A stretch of DNA of 64,000 bases from Antedon mediterranea (taxonomy: Eukaryota; Animalia; Echinodermata), in NCBI RefSeq assembly GCF_964355755.1, contig NC_092674.1:12338001-12402000 (forward strand), read 5' to 3'. Shown piece by piece: positions 1-13,559 of this stretch. The notes under the pieces are model-generated. The model was not told the origin of the DNA, ran no database searches, and worked only from the letters and a program-made list of their open reading frames with translations. The position numbers and the translations under genes are program-made. Numbering within the stretch: position 1 is the first letter of the stretch; every line of letters begins with the position of its first letter.

Positions 1-222
1 CCGAGTTTTCTAGACACCCATTAAACAGTGCATACATTTATTGTAATCTTTATCAGGATTTTCTTTTCTTTATTTATTTATCCAAATTGTGAGAAATAGC
101 AAATTAACAAGAGTGTAGGAGATCACAAAAATATTGAGAGATAACACTCATACAATTATTGGAAGAGTTGGGAGGTCTGAGTTAGTCTGGAAGTTAGCAT
201 ACAGCCAGCTGTCTTCACTTAC

Positions 223-477
223 CTTCAATTGTATTTGCCAACTCTTTTTCATCAGATTTTCTGAGCGCTTTAACAAGTTGCGAACGCTTGGACTCAGAAG
301 TTGATAATTTCATGGCCCAAGCATTCAGCATTTTATAAATCATGTTAACTTTATTATCAGGATTATCTTGTTTAAAATGATCGATATCTGCCATGGTAAA
401 CTCAAGATTTACTGCTAGTTGTTCCCAATTACCAAAAACCTTAGTGGCTATGTTGATTAATTCTTTGGTTGTTATAT
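223..477 (-). CDS. Death-domain exon of an ankyrin/Death-domain gene (gene continues past the window start)
   Basis: 255-bp exon with TTTTATATAG acceptor and GTAAGT donor, phase 1-1, no stops: DITTKELINIATKVFGNWEQLAVNLEFTMADIDHFKQDNPDNKVNMIYKMLNAWAMKLSTSESKRSQLVKALRKSDEKELANTIE. Shows the W..LA..L, ML..W and L..AL....LA Death-domain pattern. Confidence 0.88.
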
Positions 478-894
478 CTATATAAAATAAGACATTCTCA
501 TAATTTGTAAAACGCTCAATGCGAAAGGAGATACATAAAACACAGTGTTCACAGACAGCTCCAGCATGTCTATGTCATAATTGTCTCCAAATCACTGTGC
601 ACAGGCTTAATTGAATCTTTGGCTGAAATATTTTCAGGAAATATTATTAACAACTTTGCTACTGACATTTGGCAAACACGTTTTCATTTTTAAAAACACA
701 CACACACAAACCCTTTCACATTTCAGCCAAATCTGTAATATGAAAAACCCAGCAAATCAGTGTAAACTGTACCTCTATAGTATAAAGGTTGTTAAAGAAT
801 ATTCATACCTGATGATGTGATATCTATGAATGGTAAAGGTCCGCCTAAAAAAGGAAAATACATGAGTAAAAAACAGTTAATTTTGAAGGGTGTT

Positions 895-1105
895 ACAACC
901 GCTAACAACAGCTAATGTCGAAACAACTGTTAATGTAGAACAATCCACCGCTAATGTAGTAAAACCGCCAGCTAATGTAGAAACAACAATAGCTTATGTA
1001 GTAAATAAAATCAACACGAGCTAATGTAGAAACGGTCAACATGTTATGTAGTAACGAAAATTGCCTCCCAGCTTATGTAGTTACTATCGCCATCTAATGT
1101 AGAAA
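895..1105. repeat. Diverged short tandem repeat (GCTAATGTAGWAAC core), probably the interior of a MITE
   Basis: About 8 copies of gctaatgtag/gcttatgtag at roughly 20-30 bp spacing. Confidence 0.5.
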
Positions 1106-1114
1106 ATATTTCAC

Positions 1115-1845
1115 TAAATCATGTGCAAATGCATCGATCTTTACTTAGCTATCAGTCTTTCCACCTCTTGTAAGCAACCAACTTTCTAAACGACCACGCA
1201 TCGTAATCAACCATCTCTGTTTTTTGCTTTTCATAATCGACCACCTCTCATAAGCAACTACCACTCTTAACGACCACACCTCTCGTAGTAACGACCAACT
1301 CTTGTAAATGACCCCCTCTATTGAACGACCACCATCACTGTTAAGGGACCGCTTCTCATTTATTTTTTGTCTCAGGACATGTCTACCAAATTCGGTGCCT
1401 AAACAGGGACGATGGTCGTTCAATAGAGGTGGTACTGTAACTTTCGAGAGGTCGTTCTGACGGGAGATGGTCGATTATGAGAAGAGGTCCTTTAATAGAG
1501 GTCGTTAAGAGATGTGGCTGCTTAAGAGAGGTGGTCGATTATGAGAAGCAGTCCCTTAATAGAGGTGGTGGTCGTTCAATAGAGGTGGTCCTTTAATAGA
1601 GAGAAATAGGTCTTAAAAGATACGGTCACTAACGAGAGGTGTGGTCGTTAAAAGAGGTGGTCGCTTACGAGAGGTGGTCGATTATGAGAGGTGATGATTC
1701 CTTACGAGAGGTGGTCCATTATGAGAAGCGGTCCTTAACGGAGATGGTTGCTTATGATGTGTGGTCGTTTGAGAAAGTTGGTTGCATACGGAAAGTGGAA
1801 AGACTGACAGACTAAGTAAAGATCGATGTATTTGCACATGATTTA
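1115..1845. mobile_element. Foldback/MITE-derived inverted repeat with GAGAGGTGGTCG subrepeats (Tc1/mariner-type MITE remnant)
   Basis: aaatcatgtgcaaatgcatcgatctttacttag at ~1116 is inverted at ~1812-1845. Internal cgaccacctctc/gagaggtggtcg repeats. Confidence 0.6.
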
Positions 1846-2511
1846 TGTATATATAATATATATCGTTTCAAATTAATTATATATATATAAACAAATAAGG
1901 CAAAGAATATTAATTCTAACCGCCAGGTGATATACTGAAATTTAATTAATTTGAAACGATAAAGATGAGGAAATCTGTGAGAATGAGAAAAAGTCGCCCC
2001 AACCGAGACTCGAACTCAGACCGCCTCATTTTATTTTACTTCTATGACCAAAATATAGACCAAAAAAATTGTTAAAAATGATAAAATACAAAAATAACTT
2101 TTGTAACTATTAAAACATTTCAGACAAAAAGCAAGGTAATTTTACATTAATAGAAAGATATATTATGATTTAAACAATCTAGGAAATCTGCAAATAAATC
2201 TATAACAGTATTGATTTCAAAAACTTGATATTCCATGGGGAGGGTTCTAGTTGAATAGGCTTGTCTAATTAAATTCATCTAAGATGTAAATATCTGATTA
2301 AGGCGTATAGTAAAAAACAAAACCAAAATTACAAAAGACTGTTGAATTGTATCTTATAATAGGACTGACAATTACAGTACTACTTGATAAAAGAATCCAT
2401 GATCATTAAGATTTAATTATTTCTATTTTTTTTAACAAGCAATCACAATTATTATTTTTTATGTTCATTATTACCTTTCCAATCTTTGTTTTAAGTTTTC
2501 ATAGTACTTAC

Positions 2512-2602
2512 CTTCCAGAATGTCAATGATTTCTTTTTTCTGATCTTTACCATATTTAGCACAACTGTTTTCATTATAGCAATCCAAGGCAGACTTTCCC
2601 GC
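2512..2602 (-). CDS. Ankyrin C-terminal exon (phase 0 to 1)
   Basis: TTGTTAG acceptor, GTAAGT donor. Encodes AGKSALDCYNENSCAKYGKDQKKEIIDILE and joins the DD exon in frame (G+AT = Asp). Confidence 0.82.
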
Positions 2603-2844
2603 CTAACAATCAAAGGTTATAAATGTCATGTTATTATGTGATTACAAAATATATTATACTAAGCAGTCCTAAACATAATACAAAATTGTGCTTAAAATGT
2701 CACATAATTTGTAAGACCATACCCCCTTGTCATTTTTCTCCAGCATGTAAATGTAATGTTTATCTTGCTATTAAAACCATGGCAAACCTAGTGAAGGCTT
2801 ACTGTACCTATCCCTCTACCTACATTACATTTTGTATCATAGCT

Positions 2845-3300
2845 TAATTGCACTGCATAGTAAGTGAATGTGCATTTGATGTAATAAATAAGTATACATC
2901 TAACTTTCCATGGTTGAATGCCTAATTCGAATCCCACTGAGGACCACTTTTTTAAAGAATAATTTTTGTTTGTGCTGGTTATGACCGCCTTCCCTTTAAA
3001 CTAGAACTCTGTCAACATTCCGGGTCAAGATCATTAGTGTTGCAAACAAAACCAACAACAAACAAATATACAGGGGCAGTAAAAAAGTTTTCTATATGTT
3101 TACAAAAAAACTACTGTATAATGAAGTAAAACAATTGATGACATTACTATTACTATTATTAATTACAGAAATAAAAGAAAATAAGAATTAGATGTAACAG
3201 GCCTTTAACACTAAGTTCTGATTAAAATCCCAGTACAGTATTTATTAGTTACAGTAGAAAACGACAGTTGAATTGACAGATAAACAAAACAAACAAGCAT
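2845..3300. repeat. Copy 1 of a ~450-bp local direct duplication (copy 2 at 4975-5520), including part of a Helentron-like non-autonomous element
   Basis: taattgcactgcatag...gaatgcctaattcgaatcccactgaggacc...aactagaactctgtc is near-identical at 2845 and 4975. Copy 2 ends in (caaa)n and aaacataacctcc. Confidence 0.75.
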
Positions 3301-3399
3301 TAATATATCTAAGGGACTATTTAACAGTGATTTGGACTATATGACCTTTTTATACATATATAGTATGTGGTGGTTTCTATAAAGTTTGAATTGAAACTG

Positions 3400-3975
3400 G
3401 CTACCTGTTTATTTACAATTTGTTCATTTGTTAATTGGTGTGAGAATATGAACTTAATACTTAATATTACTAAAACCAAAGAGATGATAATAGATTTTCG
3501 TAAAACCGCAGTTGAACATAATGTAATAACTATTAAAGAAACCAAGGTTGAAAGAGTAACCCAATACAAATACTTAGGTACTATAATTGACAACAAATTA
3601 AAATGGGAGAAACTCTCTCATGATTTCCAAGAAGGCATCTCAAAGGCTCTACTTTCTCAGAAAACTCAAGCAAATTAGAGTTGATAACACTATTTTAATT
3701 CTATTTTATCAAAGTATTATTCAAAGTATTTTATCTTTTAGCATTGGATGTTTTTATGGTAACTTTACTGAAAATGATAAGAAAAATATTAAGACGATAA
3801 TGTAATTTTTAAATAGTTTTACCTTTTTAACAGTATTTGTAACTTTTTATCTTGTATTTTTAATCTGTTATAATACTGCATGTTTTAAATTGTTGCAATA
3901 TTGTTGTTTTAATCTACCAAGCAAAGTGAATTTCCATTTTTATGGACAAATAAAATTTCTTGAATCTTGAATCAA
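3400..3975 (+). mobile_element. 5'-truncated LINE 3' fragment (Rex1/Babar-like RT thumb region)
   Basis: FVNWC..NL.LNITKTKEMIIDFRK...YKYLGTIIDNKLKW, then a frameshift, then KKASQRLYFLRKL. Tail aataaaatttcttgaatcttgaatc. Confidence 0.8.
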
Positions 3976-4140
3976 TTCAATTGACCTTATAAACAATTTA
4001 CCTATTTTGAGAATGGAATAGTCTAAACAGTACACTGCTCAGCAGAATATTTGTGGCTGTGTGCACTGTTCTGTGACGAGTGCCAAAATAGCTGTTTTCT
4101 GAATTGTCCTTTTTCGCTAAAAGGAATCCATATGCCTATT

Positions 4141-4971
4141 CTGCTGTTGGTTATTTTAAGTGTTTTTGTTGGTGTTATTTATTATTCCAAAATAAAGATA
4201 TATTTCAATTATAAAATAAAAGTCATTCGTTATCGTGAATGTGTTTGTATTATCAACATTGTTAATCACGAATGGAGCCTCGGCATTTGAGCTGCTGTGT
4301 ACCGGATAAAGTGAAAAAAAAAACATTTTTTCAAAAATGATTACACACTTCATGGATAAACCCATTTTGGGCGAGTTCCTAAGAGTTTGATGTTTGATGA
4401 TTTGGTACAGGAAACAACTGCTCTCTTTATTTATTGTTTTAGCATATTCTACTGTGTATTTATTGTCAGTCCGAGTCCGTATCACGTATTTCTAACTCAG
4501 CTGAACGCTATTAGACGACATACGCGCCGAGTATATAGCCGAATAGGGGGAAACTGCCTGAGCTTATGTACAGGATAAAGTTGCTGTCATTGGTGTTTTT
4601 GTCATTACCAATATATACTTCTGCCATTAAAAAAAGATTCAACCTTGTATCGCTTCACATGAATAAACCCATTTGGGCGTGTCCCTAAAATGTTGCTGTT
4701 TGGCGCCCCGTACAGGATAAAGTTGCTGTCATTGGTGATGTAATCATTAGTAGCCCACTGCGAATGATATCCAAAAAAGTTTATCCTTGTATCGCTTCAC
4801 ATGAATAAATGCATTTTTACCCCACTATGTTATGATCCCCACATGCCCCATGTACAGGCTGTGACCCGGCAGCAATGTCGAATATTGCATCTCACCCTAA
4901 TACGCACCTAACTATATCATCAAACTTTTTGTATCTTTTCACATGAATAAATCTTCCGGGCGCCCGGTCTA
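4141..4971. mobile_element. Solo terminal arm of the Academ family found complete at 17494-22801
   Basis: Near-identical to ~21990-22801 and ends in ccgggcgcccggtcta. Confidence 0.85.
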
Positions 4972-6219
4972 TAATAATTGCACTGCATAGTAGGCCTAAG
5001 TGATGTGCAATTGATGTAATAAATAAGTATACATCTAACTTTCCATGGTTGAATGCCTAATTCGAATCCCACTGAGGACCACTTTTTTAAAGAATAATTT
5101 TTTTTTTGTGCTGGTTATGACCGCCTTCCCTTTAAACTAGAACTCTGTCAACATTCCGGGTCAAGATCATTAGTGTTGCAAACAAAACCAACAACAAACA
5201 AATATACAGGGGCGGTAAAAAAGTTTTCTATACATTTAAAAAAAAATTAACTATAATGAAGTAAAACAATTAATGACATTCCTGAAATTTGATTACTGAG
5301 CAATTGATCTGACTTAATGTTTACACTAATATTTAATTACAAAAAAAAGAAAATTAGAATTAGATGTTAACAGGCCTTTAACACTAAATTCTGATTAACT
5401 ATCTCTCAGTATTTATTACATTGTTATTATCTCAATATTAGTTACAGTAGAAAAGCATTAAACAAATCCTCCGACGACAGTTGAATTGACAAACAAACAA
5501 AACCAACAAGCAAACAAACAACAAACATACAGGGGCGAAAACATAACCTCCTAGACAGAGGGAATAAAAGTGTTCATTCTAATCAGTCTCAAATTGTCTA
5601 AAACATTTGTTGATTAGATTAACTGAACAATTTGACCACAAAAATCATTTTGCTTTAAATCCAAATCCTTTTTGGACACTGTACATCCAGCTGAAATAAA
5701 TTAGGATTTTGTTAATATGTATATATAATGAGCAACTGAGAGGATAAATTTAATATCAAATGATATTTCAACAACTACAATTTAAAGAAATATACAACAA
5801 ATACCTAATGTACTTTTATCATTTATTATATGTATTTAATTATGTATAATACTTCAGTTTACAGTTTAGTAAAATATGAGAAAAATAGCAATAAAGGAAG
5901 CATGGTTCTGTTTATTTGTGATTATAAACAATTCAATTTAGATTTACAATTTAACAACACAATGTGAATACTGTAATGAAAAAAAAAGAAATATTAATCA
6001 CTATACAATTTGTTTGGGAGTATCATTTTCATTTTAATATTCATACAAATATTCAAACAAATATACAGGTACATGGTGGATGGTCAATAGATTGCTTGTG
6101 CATCAGACAAGAACAAACTAGCCTGTAATTATTGTCAATGATAATACTAAACCTTTTTCATTATATAATGTAAAAAAAAGAATAGAACATCAATATTATT
6201 AACATAATTTCATTACTAG

Positions 6220-7447
6220 AAATCTGGTAACAGATTAAGAAATCTAAAACCAACTCTAACATACTTTCCAACTCAATTGATCAGGCTAATGGTGAAGATG
6301 AAATTTGTGAACAATGGGCTAATCATTATGAATCATTATTTAATTGTATCTCTGATGTTTCCAATGAAAAGTTTGTTAATGATACGTTATATACACATGC
6401 ATACGACTGTTTATGTACTAATTCTTTGCAAGTTAATGATTTTATTAATAAACTCCCCATGGGTAAATCCCCTGGATTTGATGGTTTGACAGGCGAACAC
6501 ATTATGTATGCGAGTAAGCAAATTTCTGTAGTCCTGCAGTATATGCTTTAATGCCATGATATCTCATGGTCATGTGACAAAAGAGATATCTAAAGTTGTG
6601 CTCATACCAATTGTGAAATCTAAAACAGGGGACATTATAAGTAAAGACAACTACCGTCCAATTGCGCTTGCATGCGTGATGTCTAAAGTGTTTGAGTCTA
6701 TTTTGATTTATATGTGTGGTGATACACTCGAATCAAATGACCGACAGTATGCGTTTAAAAATGGTCATTCAACTGAAACATGTATTTTTATTCTTAAACA
6801 GACAATCGAATTTTATAATAGAAATGGTAGTCCGATTTATGCCTGTTTTTTAGATGCCTCCAAAGCATTTGATCGTAATAATCATTGGACACTGTACAAG
6901 AAACTGATTAATAGGGGAACCCCCTTATGTGTAGTTAGAGTTCTTGTGTCTTGGTATACCAATCAAAGGTTTCATGTTCGGTGGGGAAAGTCATTGTCTA
7001 GAGACTTCCCAGTTACCAATGGTGTTAGACAAGGTGGAGTTATGTCTCCTTTACTTTTTAATATTTATATGGATGATTTAATTGTCAATCTCAGTATGTC
7101 TTGCAATGGATGCGAATTACAAGGTATAAAACTAAAAAACCTTAGTTACGCGGATGATATGGTACTTATTGCACCATCTGCCTCCGCATTACAACATCTA
7201 ATTCATATGTGTGAAAAATACTCATTAACGCATGATATATTGTATAACAAGAAAAAATCTGTATGTATGTTATTCTGTCCTACAGTCAGGAAATTGACAA
7301 AGCTTCCCACTTTAAACTTATTTGAGTCGGAACTTGACTTTGTTAGAGTTTTTAATTACTTGGGTCACACTTTGACACCCGATTTGAAAGATGATACGGA
7401 TATCAAACGACAGTACAGGTCATTCTGCATTAGAGCTAATACACTAT
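6220..7447 (+). mobile_element. Non-LTR retrotransposon RT fragment (RTE-X-like clade, tentative)
   Basis: ORF 6556-7485 has NYRPIAL, FLDASKAFD, GVRQGGVMSP, YADD and YLG motifs. Frameshifted upstream part contains GKSPGFDGLTGEH. Truncated at both ends. Confidence 0.88.
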
Positions 7448-7895
7448 GTGAACTTTCTCAACAGAACAGAAACGGCGCAAAATAAAATAACCGATTAAAA
7501 ATAACCGATTAAAAACACTCAATCCATTGCGTGTTTTAATCGATTATTTCTTGTTTTAACCGATTATTGCGGAGCAGTTTTGAGCTGCAACACAAATAGC
7601 GATTATTGACCTCACTTTGACCTCTAGAGTATGACAAACTTATTCACGTACGTCACAAAGCATGCTGTTTATTTGCGCGATATCGACGACGATCAGCAAA
7701 ACCACGATCGCGATGTAGACCGAATAAAAATCAAATGTTAAACATTTGATTTTTATTATTTTGTGGGGGAGAATTATACGGAGAGACTCCAGGATTCTGT
7801 GTTACAAGTACACCTGTTACATACCACCAGTCCAGGCTAACGATGTTTTACATGTCATCTTTTAGGCCTGTTGTATGTTGACTTGTTTCGGTAGA

Positions 7896-8372
7896 AGTAA
7901 TTTGATTTAGAGTCTTTAAGTGTCCATATATATTTACTGAGTTCCGTTGCATTTCTAAATCAAATTACTCAATTAAATGGAAAATTATAAAGAAATGCAA
8001 ACCTTACTCAAATATTAACAAAAGATGTAATTTATGTATATATGAAAAGTATGTTATTATATGTCAACCAGAGCTATGCTCACTGAACCGTAAGAACGAG
8101 TTAGTCTCTACTTGTAGACATAGGAAAAAATTCTTACTAAATTGCAGATCCAAACAGTTTATCTAAAACAATAGGCTATTGTATACGACTTCCTGATGAC
8201 TCACTTCTATTAAGCACTATGAGACAACTGTGTCACTTATGTTTTATATTTCACCTGAAGAGTGCGGCCAGCTACATGCTGGTCGTACGAAACAAATTTG
8301 TAGTGATTAAAACAATGAAGTAACCAAGTTTTCTGCTGTTATTTTATTTATTTATTTACATATATATATATG
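7896..8372 (+). mobile_element. Penelope-like element 3' end: C-terminus of the GIY-YIG endonuclease region, 5' inversion, pLTR and (TA)n
   Basis: 7954-8166 encodes SKSNYSIKWKIIKKCKPYSNINKRCNLCIYEKYVII...LNRKNELVSTCRHRKKFLL*. 7896-7953 on the minus strand encodes the preceding NATELSKYIWTLKDSKSNY. Confidence 0.85.
8251..8306 (+). ncRNA. Type I hammerhead ribozyme (Penelope-associated)
   Basis: tcac-CTGAAGA-Gtgcggccagc-tacat-gctggtcgtaC-GAAA-C-aaattt-G-TA-gtga. Stem I tcac/gtga, complete core, palindromic stem III loop, GUA cleavage triplet (cut after ~8302). Confidence 0.85.
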
Positions 8373-8490
8373 TATTTGTTATATTTGCAATAATGTACAC
8401 TAATTTGTTACTGAACTATGAAGAATTATTTTTTTTCCGAAATAAAAGATGAATGAATGAATGAATTACAGTACTTAACAACAAACTAAC

Positions 8491-8607
8491 CTTGTTTGTA
8501 TTGTAAATGTCCATACGTCCTTCCTGTATGAAGAACACAAAAATATTCCTGTGTTCTTCATATAGAATATTTGCTCGAGCACATACTTGCATAGCATTAT
8601 CTCCATT
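8491..8607 (-). CDS. Ankyrin-repeat exon (phase 0-0, 117 bp)
   Basis: CTTTTACTAG acceptor, GTTAGT donor. Encodes NGDNAMQVCARANILYEEHRNIFVFFIQEGRMDIYNTNK. Confidence 0.78.
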
Positions 8608-9425
8608 CTAGTAAAAGGTGAAAAAAAAAATAAAGTGCACCAGCTGTACTGCATATATTTTAAATAAGTTTAACAAAAATAATTAATGGCACCACGAACA
8701 TATTAAAGTGTAGAGGATAACTAGTGATAGACAATGAATAAGATAGAACGATGTTTAGGCTCTAGGACCCTAATAATCTGGGATACACAACAGTCGGGAT
8801 ACACAACAGTCCAGGAACTAATGGGTTCAGTCAAGAATTATTTGGGAATGTATTCACGAGTGTTTGCAATGCACTCAACATAGAACAATTACATCAGAAT
8901 AGTACAAAACATATAAACAATTATAAAATAAATCAGTGTTTGCAATGCACTCGCGCATAGTAAAATTACATAAAAATACTGTAGGACGAAACATTTAAAC
9001 AATTATTAAAATGGCTGTCTGATGCATGCAACATAACTTCATAGTAGTTACATTATTATCAACATAATGGTGGTGGTACTGGAATCTAACCCTAGACATC
9101 AGCACAAACTTAGTGGTCAGCTATGAATACCAGGCTGAAGAAGTCATGGGTTCGACTCCAAGAATTTCTAAGGTGGAACTCGGTTGTTGAATGCAATGAG
9201 AATTTTAGTACATTACATCAGAGGAGGTCACAGTCACAGTCTCACTCTGATGCAAATCTATTTTGTAGTAGTTGCAATATCATCATATAAAAGTAAAGAT
9301 TAAAGACAACTACCCTCACTAGAACAACCACTGTTGTATGGTAGGACAATCACCCCATTATACTGTAGGAAAATTACCCTGTTAGGACAACTATTCCTAG
9401 GACAACCACCCACTATACTTAATAG

Positions 9426-11234
9426 TAGCGGTGGCGCCAGGATCTTTCCGACGCAGGGGCTAAATTCTCTGACGGAGGGCCTATGCGAGCGAAGCGAGCA
9501 TCGCTAGGCTGGAGGCCAGGGGGGCCGCCAAGGGCCCCCGGTGGGGGTCCAGGGGGCTTCCCCCGGAAGCAACGCGTTATAGCGTAATTTGAGGTCAGAT
9601 TTAGGGTAGCCAACCTTTCCATTTGTATTGTACATGAAAAACACATTGCACGAGATCCGATGCGATGACTGTGTAAATCCATTTTTTCAATTTTAAAAAT
9701 GAAGTTTTAAAGTTCAATATGCCTATCATAGAAAATATACTCGAACGTAAAACCTACCCACGGGCCAAGAGGTATATCATTATAATCGCAGAGGCGTAGG
9801 CAGGTTGCGCAAGACTAACACCCATGGGCTGATCTGTAAGAACATTTTGAAAAATAGAGCTGCTAGGTCTCCGGAAATTGCAATTATACATTGATATATG
9901 AAAAGAAATTACAAGTCTACCAGAGAACCAGCCCACCAAGGTTCAGATATAGCTAAGAACATTTAAACAAATAGAGTTTTTAGGTCCCCTGGAAATTAGA
10001 TTATAGTATTTCGAAAAAAAGAAACAAAAATATATAAGTCTCCAGGACCAGCCCTACCAGGGTTGAGCTGCTAAGAAAATTGTGAAAAAAAAACTGCTAG
10101 GTACCTAGAAATTGCACTTATTTATATAGGCCCATATTGATAAATGAAACGAATTATAAGTGCATGGTTGGGTGGAGCTAAGAAAATTGTGAAAAATAGA
10201 GCTGCTAGGTCCCTGCAAAACATTGAAATATGAAACGAAATTATAGTACAGGACCAGCGCACCATGGTTTGGGTGGAGCTAAGAACATTTTGAAAAATAT
10301 AGTTGCTAGGTCCCGGAAATTTAACTTATTATACGTCGAAGCATAAAACAGAATATTATACGCCACGTCTCCAGAACCAGCCCTACCATATATATGAAAA
10401 ATATTTAAAAAAGAGAGCTCTAGGTTCCCAGACAATGCACTAACTGTATATTGTACATCGAAATATGAAACGAAATTTATAATACTGTAGTATCCATGAC
10501 CAGCTCTATAATTGAGGACGGTTAAGCTAGGACAATTTTGAAAACTAGAGCTGCAGGTCTTCAAAAATACATTTATAAATAAATAAAAATTCAGACCTAG
10601 AGGTCTAAAAAAGTGAACAAAGTTTTACCTTTTATTTTGAAGGAAATGCGTCCGCAAGCGTAGACCATTTCTCTTTGGGGAAATCAGATTATTTCCCAGA
10701 TGTGAATCTGGAATTTTGATGTACGATGAGCAGTTCATGAAATACAGGACATTGGAAATTGTTTAATGAGCCTACAGTGAAACGTCTATTTTTGGTACCC
10801 CACGGTACAGAGGGTTAATCGTAAATTAAAAAATTGAACATACGAACAATAGATCGCGAACATAATTCTTTTGCTGTATAGCGTACGTCGATATACATCA
10901 CATGACGTAACGTTTCAGCAATGTTCGCCTGTCATGGAGTAAAGGATATCACGTGTAAACCACAATGGGCCGGGCCCAATGTAGTGAGTACCTATTGTTT
11001 ATTAGATCGCTGGCAATAATGCATGCATTGTGTAATAGCCCTCCGACGTACTCACAAAATTGGAACGTCGCGGTTTTTCAGGCGCTGAAGCTACGAAGTG
11101 AACACGAATAATTTTTACTGTATAATATTCTCCGACGAAAAGTACTCGCGTTCTCTACTAGGCTCCACGAGGGTGGGGGGGGGGGGGGGCTACAGCCCCC
11201 GTAGACACCCCCACCCCCGCTGGCGCCGCCACTG
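9426..11234. mobile_element. Non-autonomous hAT element
   Basis: TIRs tagcggtggcgccag / ctggcgccgccactg. 8-bp TSD cttaatag (9418-9425, 11235-11242). Internal ~120-bp subrepeats (agctaagaacattttgaaaaatagagctgctaggtcc). Confidence 0.85.
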
Positions 11235-12749
11235 CTTAATAGCAACATAATTTAGGATCAGCTCTTAATTATACATAACATTTATAACTAGAAATATTAC
11301 AAGAAATCAATACAAATGATATGGTTGATAAAAAAAAGAGAAACATTTTTTTATTATTGGTTATTTGTTTATTTTCAAAGTCAGAGCCGACTAATATAAA
11401 ATTATGATAAATCCATTATTAATATTAATAAATTGTGAATACTGTACTGTGAATAATATTATATTTTGATTGTACATACAACCCTTTAGTAAAAACTGTC
11501 CAAATTGAAACATTGGTGATTTATAAATGATATGATCAAAATCTACTGAATATTTACCAATACTTCTACCATTTCATTGATTATATTGATTGATTATATT
11601 TACTGTGAACACAAAAAGAGCATATTCATTTAGCGAGATATCTGGAGAGAATAAACCTTTTCATTTAAAGGACATATTTCTTTTCTTTAGTGAAATTCCA
11701 ATATACTTTGCAAATTGCAGACGATAAAAATGTTATACTTGGATCAGTTATAATACTATGATTGATTCAGCGTAGAATTTTTCCATTTTAATGGCTGCTA
11801 ATATAAAAACTTCTTGTCACATTACATCTTTTTGTATCAAAAGATAAAACATTTGGATTTATCTCAATATCTCTATGGTTTTCATATGCTTTTTGCTTTA
11901 AGATTCAATAAATAAGTTGGTGAATTTACAGTGAAATCAATAATACCTACAATAATAACCTGGCACCAGCCAGGTACAGATATATATATAGGCCTAAAGA
12001 ACATTCAACATTCAGGACTAACTAAATTGTGGTAGTTGATTAACTTGGATTAATGTAAAACACAAGAATCCAGCTTATTCTGTCCTAGTGACGGATGTAG
12101 ATAGCGAAGGGGAGCGAATAGGTCGAATAGAGAAATGATCTGACCCCATGTGTATCATCACATACAGGGTAGATGTTTATTTTTGGGTTTTTTCTTTGGT
12201 GTATTAAAATCTTGTTCAAAAGAAAACTACTAGATGAATCTATTAAAATAAAGAAGATTAATTGTATGACTATTTATTCAAAAATGTTAATTGTGGTTTC
12301 ATGGAATGAAACTACAAATCAGTATTCGCTGTATAAATGCTGTATTCATGTTAGATAAGGTATTCAGATTAAGGTGTAGTATAATTATTCAGATGGGTTT
12401 TGTAAATACTATAATAATACTGTTCACTAAAACTATATATGTCTATAAAAAAATGTACTTAATTCATTTCATAATATAATTATTCTATATAATGATGGAT
12501 GTCTATAGTGAATATGTAGAATAGAAAAATAATCCTCACAGTGTAGTTTATTACCAGCATTCTTATAATATAACATAAATAAATAATACATACATAATTA
12601 ACATCAGTAAAAATGTTTTAAAAATTACTAATAATATTTGGATAGTTATATAAATACATCCACCAACTTTTTGCTGTATTTGAAAAAAAAAACTTACAAA
12701 TATTATTGTCCCCTGAAAACAGGAAATATTGTGAATTATGAATAGATTT

Positions 12750-13559
12750 AGATCTTCATCTGTAACGACATATTTGTTTTTATGTTTCATAAATAATAAA
12801 CCACTAACCATTTGCGATTTAATACTTTATTGAAACTGTCACTTTCATATTCGATAGAAACAGTAAAGTACATGCAACGAAACACCACTATGACTTTTAT
12901 ATTCTTTGTCATTATTAATTAATACTATTAAGAAGCACCTGTCAGTATTAAAGTTTAACTATGTGTTTAAACAGTACCACCACACTCACAGTAAAAAAAT
13001 GTGCTTCAAATGGGACACAAATGGTTTATGTATTTAATGTCAACATGTTTTAATTTATCTCCGAAGGCACATAAATTTACCTACTTGTGTTATACCAAAT
13101 GTGGGGAGAGATTGGAATGTTCCATTCATCGCCAAGCAATCCTTTTGTATAAACGTATATTAAATCTATCAAAATAGTATTTTTTAAAGAAAAATATTAT
13201 GATGCTGTACTTGAGCTGTTCAACTGGTTTTCAGCTATTAAAAACAATTATCCTAGGATGAGATAGGAAAATGCGAAACATCCTCGTATTATTGTGTGCA
13301 AGTATTTTTCAAGATGGATATCCATTAGACAGTGTATACCACAATCGGAAAACACCCCAAATTTGGGGCAAATCGTTGAACCTAAATTCGCTTTAATTGT
13401 CAATAACTAGTATCTAACTCAATTTAATTAATAAAGAGGATTACATCAGGTGGTTAAAATCAGTAACGAAAGTACGAACCAACTTTATATACCATCGAAT
13501 AAAAATTCTAGAAATAACGCACGATTTACCGAATTTTGCCCTTACGTAAATGTTATAGA
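12750..13559 (-). mobile_element. 5' portion of the non-autonomous Helitron family found at 51068-58769
   Basis: Homologous to 51410-51522 joined to 57683-58769. Ends ...cccttacgtaaatgttataga|t, i.e. 5'-TC on the minus strand. Confidence 0.75.

Noticed and set aside
9105-9165. tRNA gene (A-box/B-box-like motifs, also at ~1995-2025)
   Set aside because: No cloverleaf can be built; degenerate tRNA-derived SINE heads.
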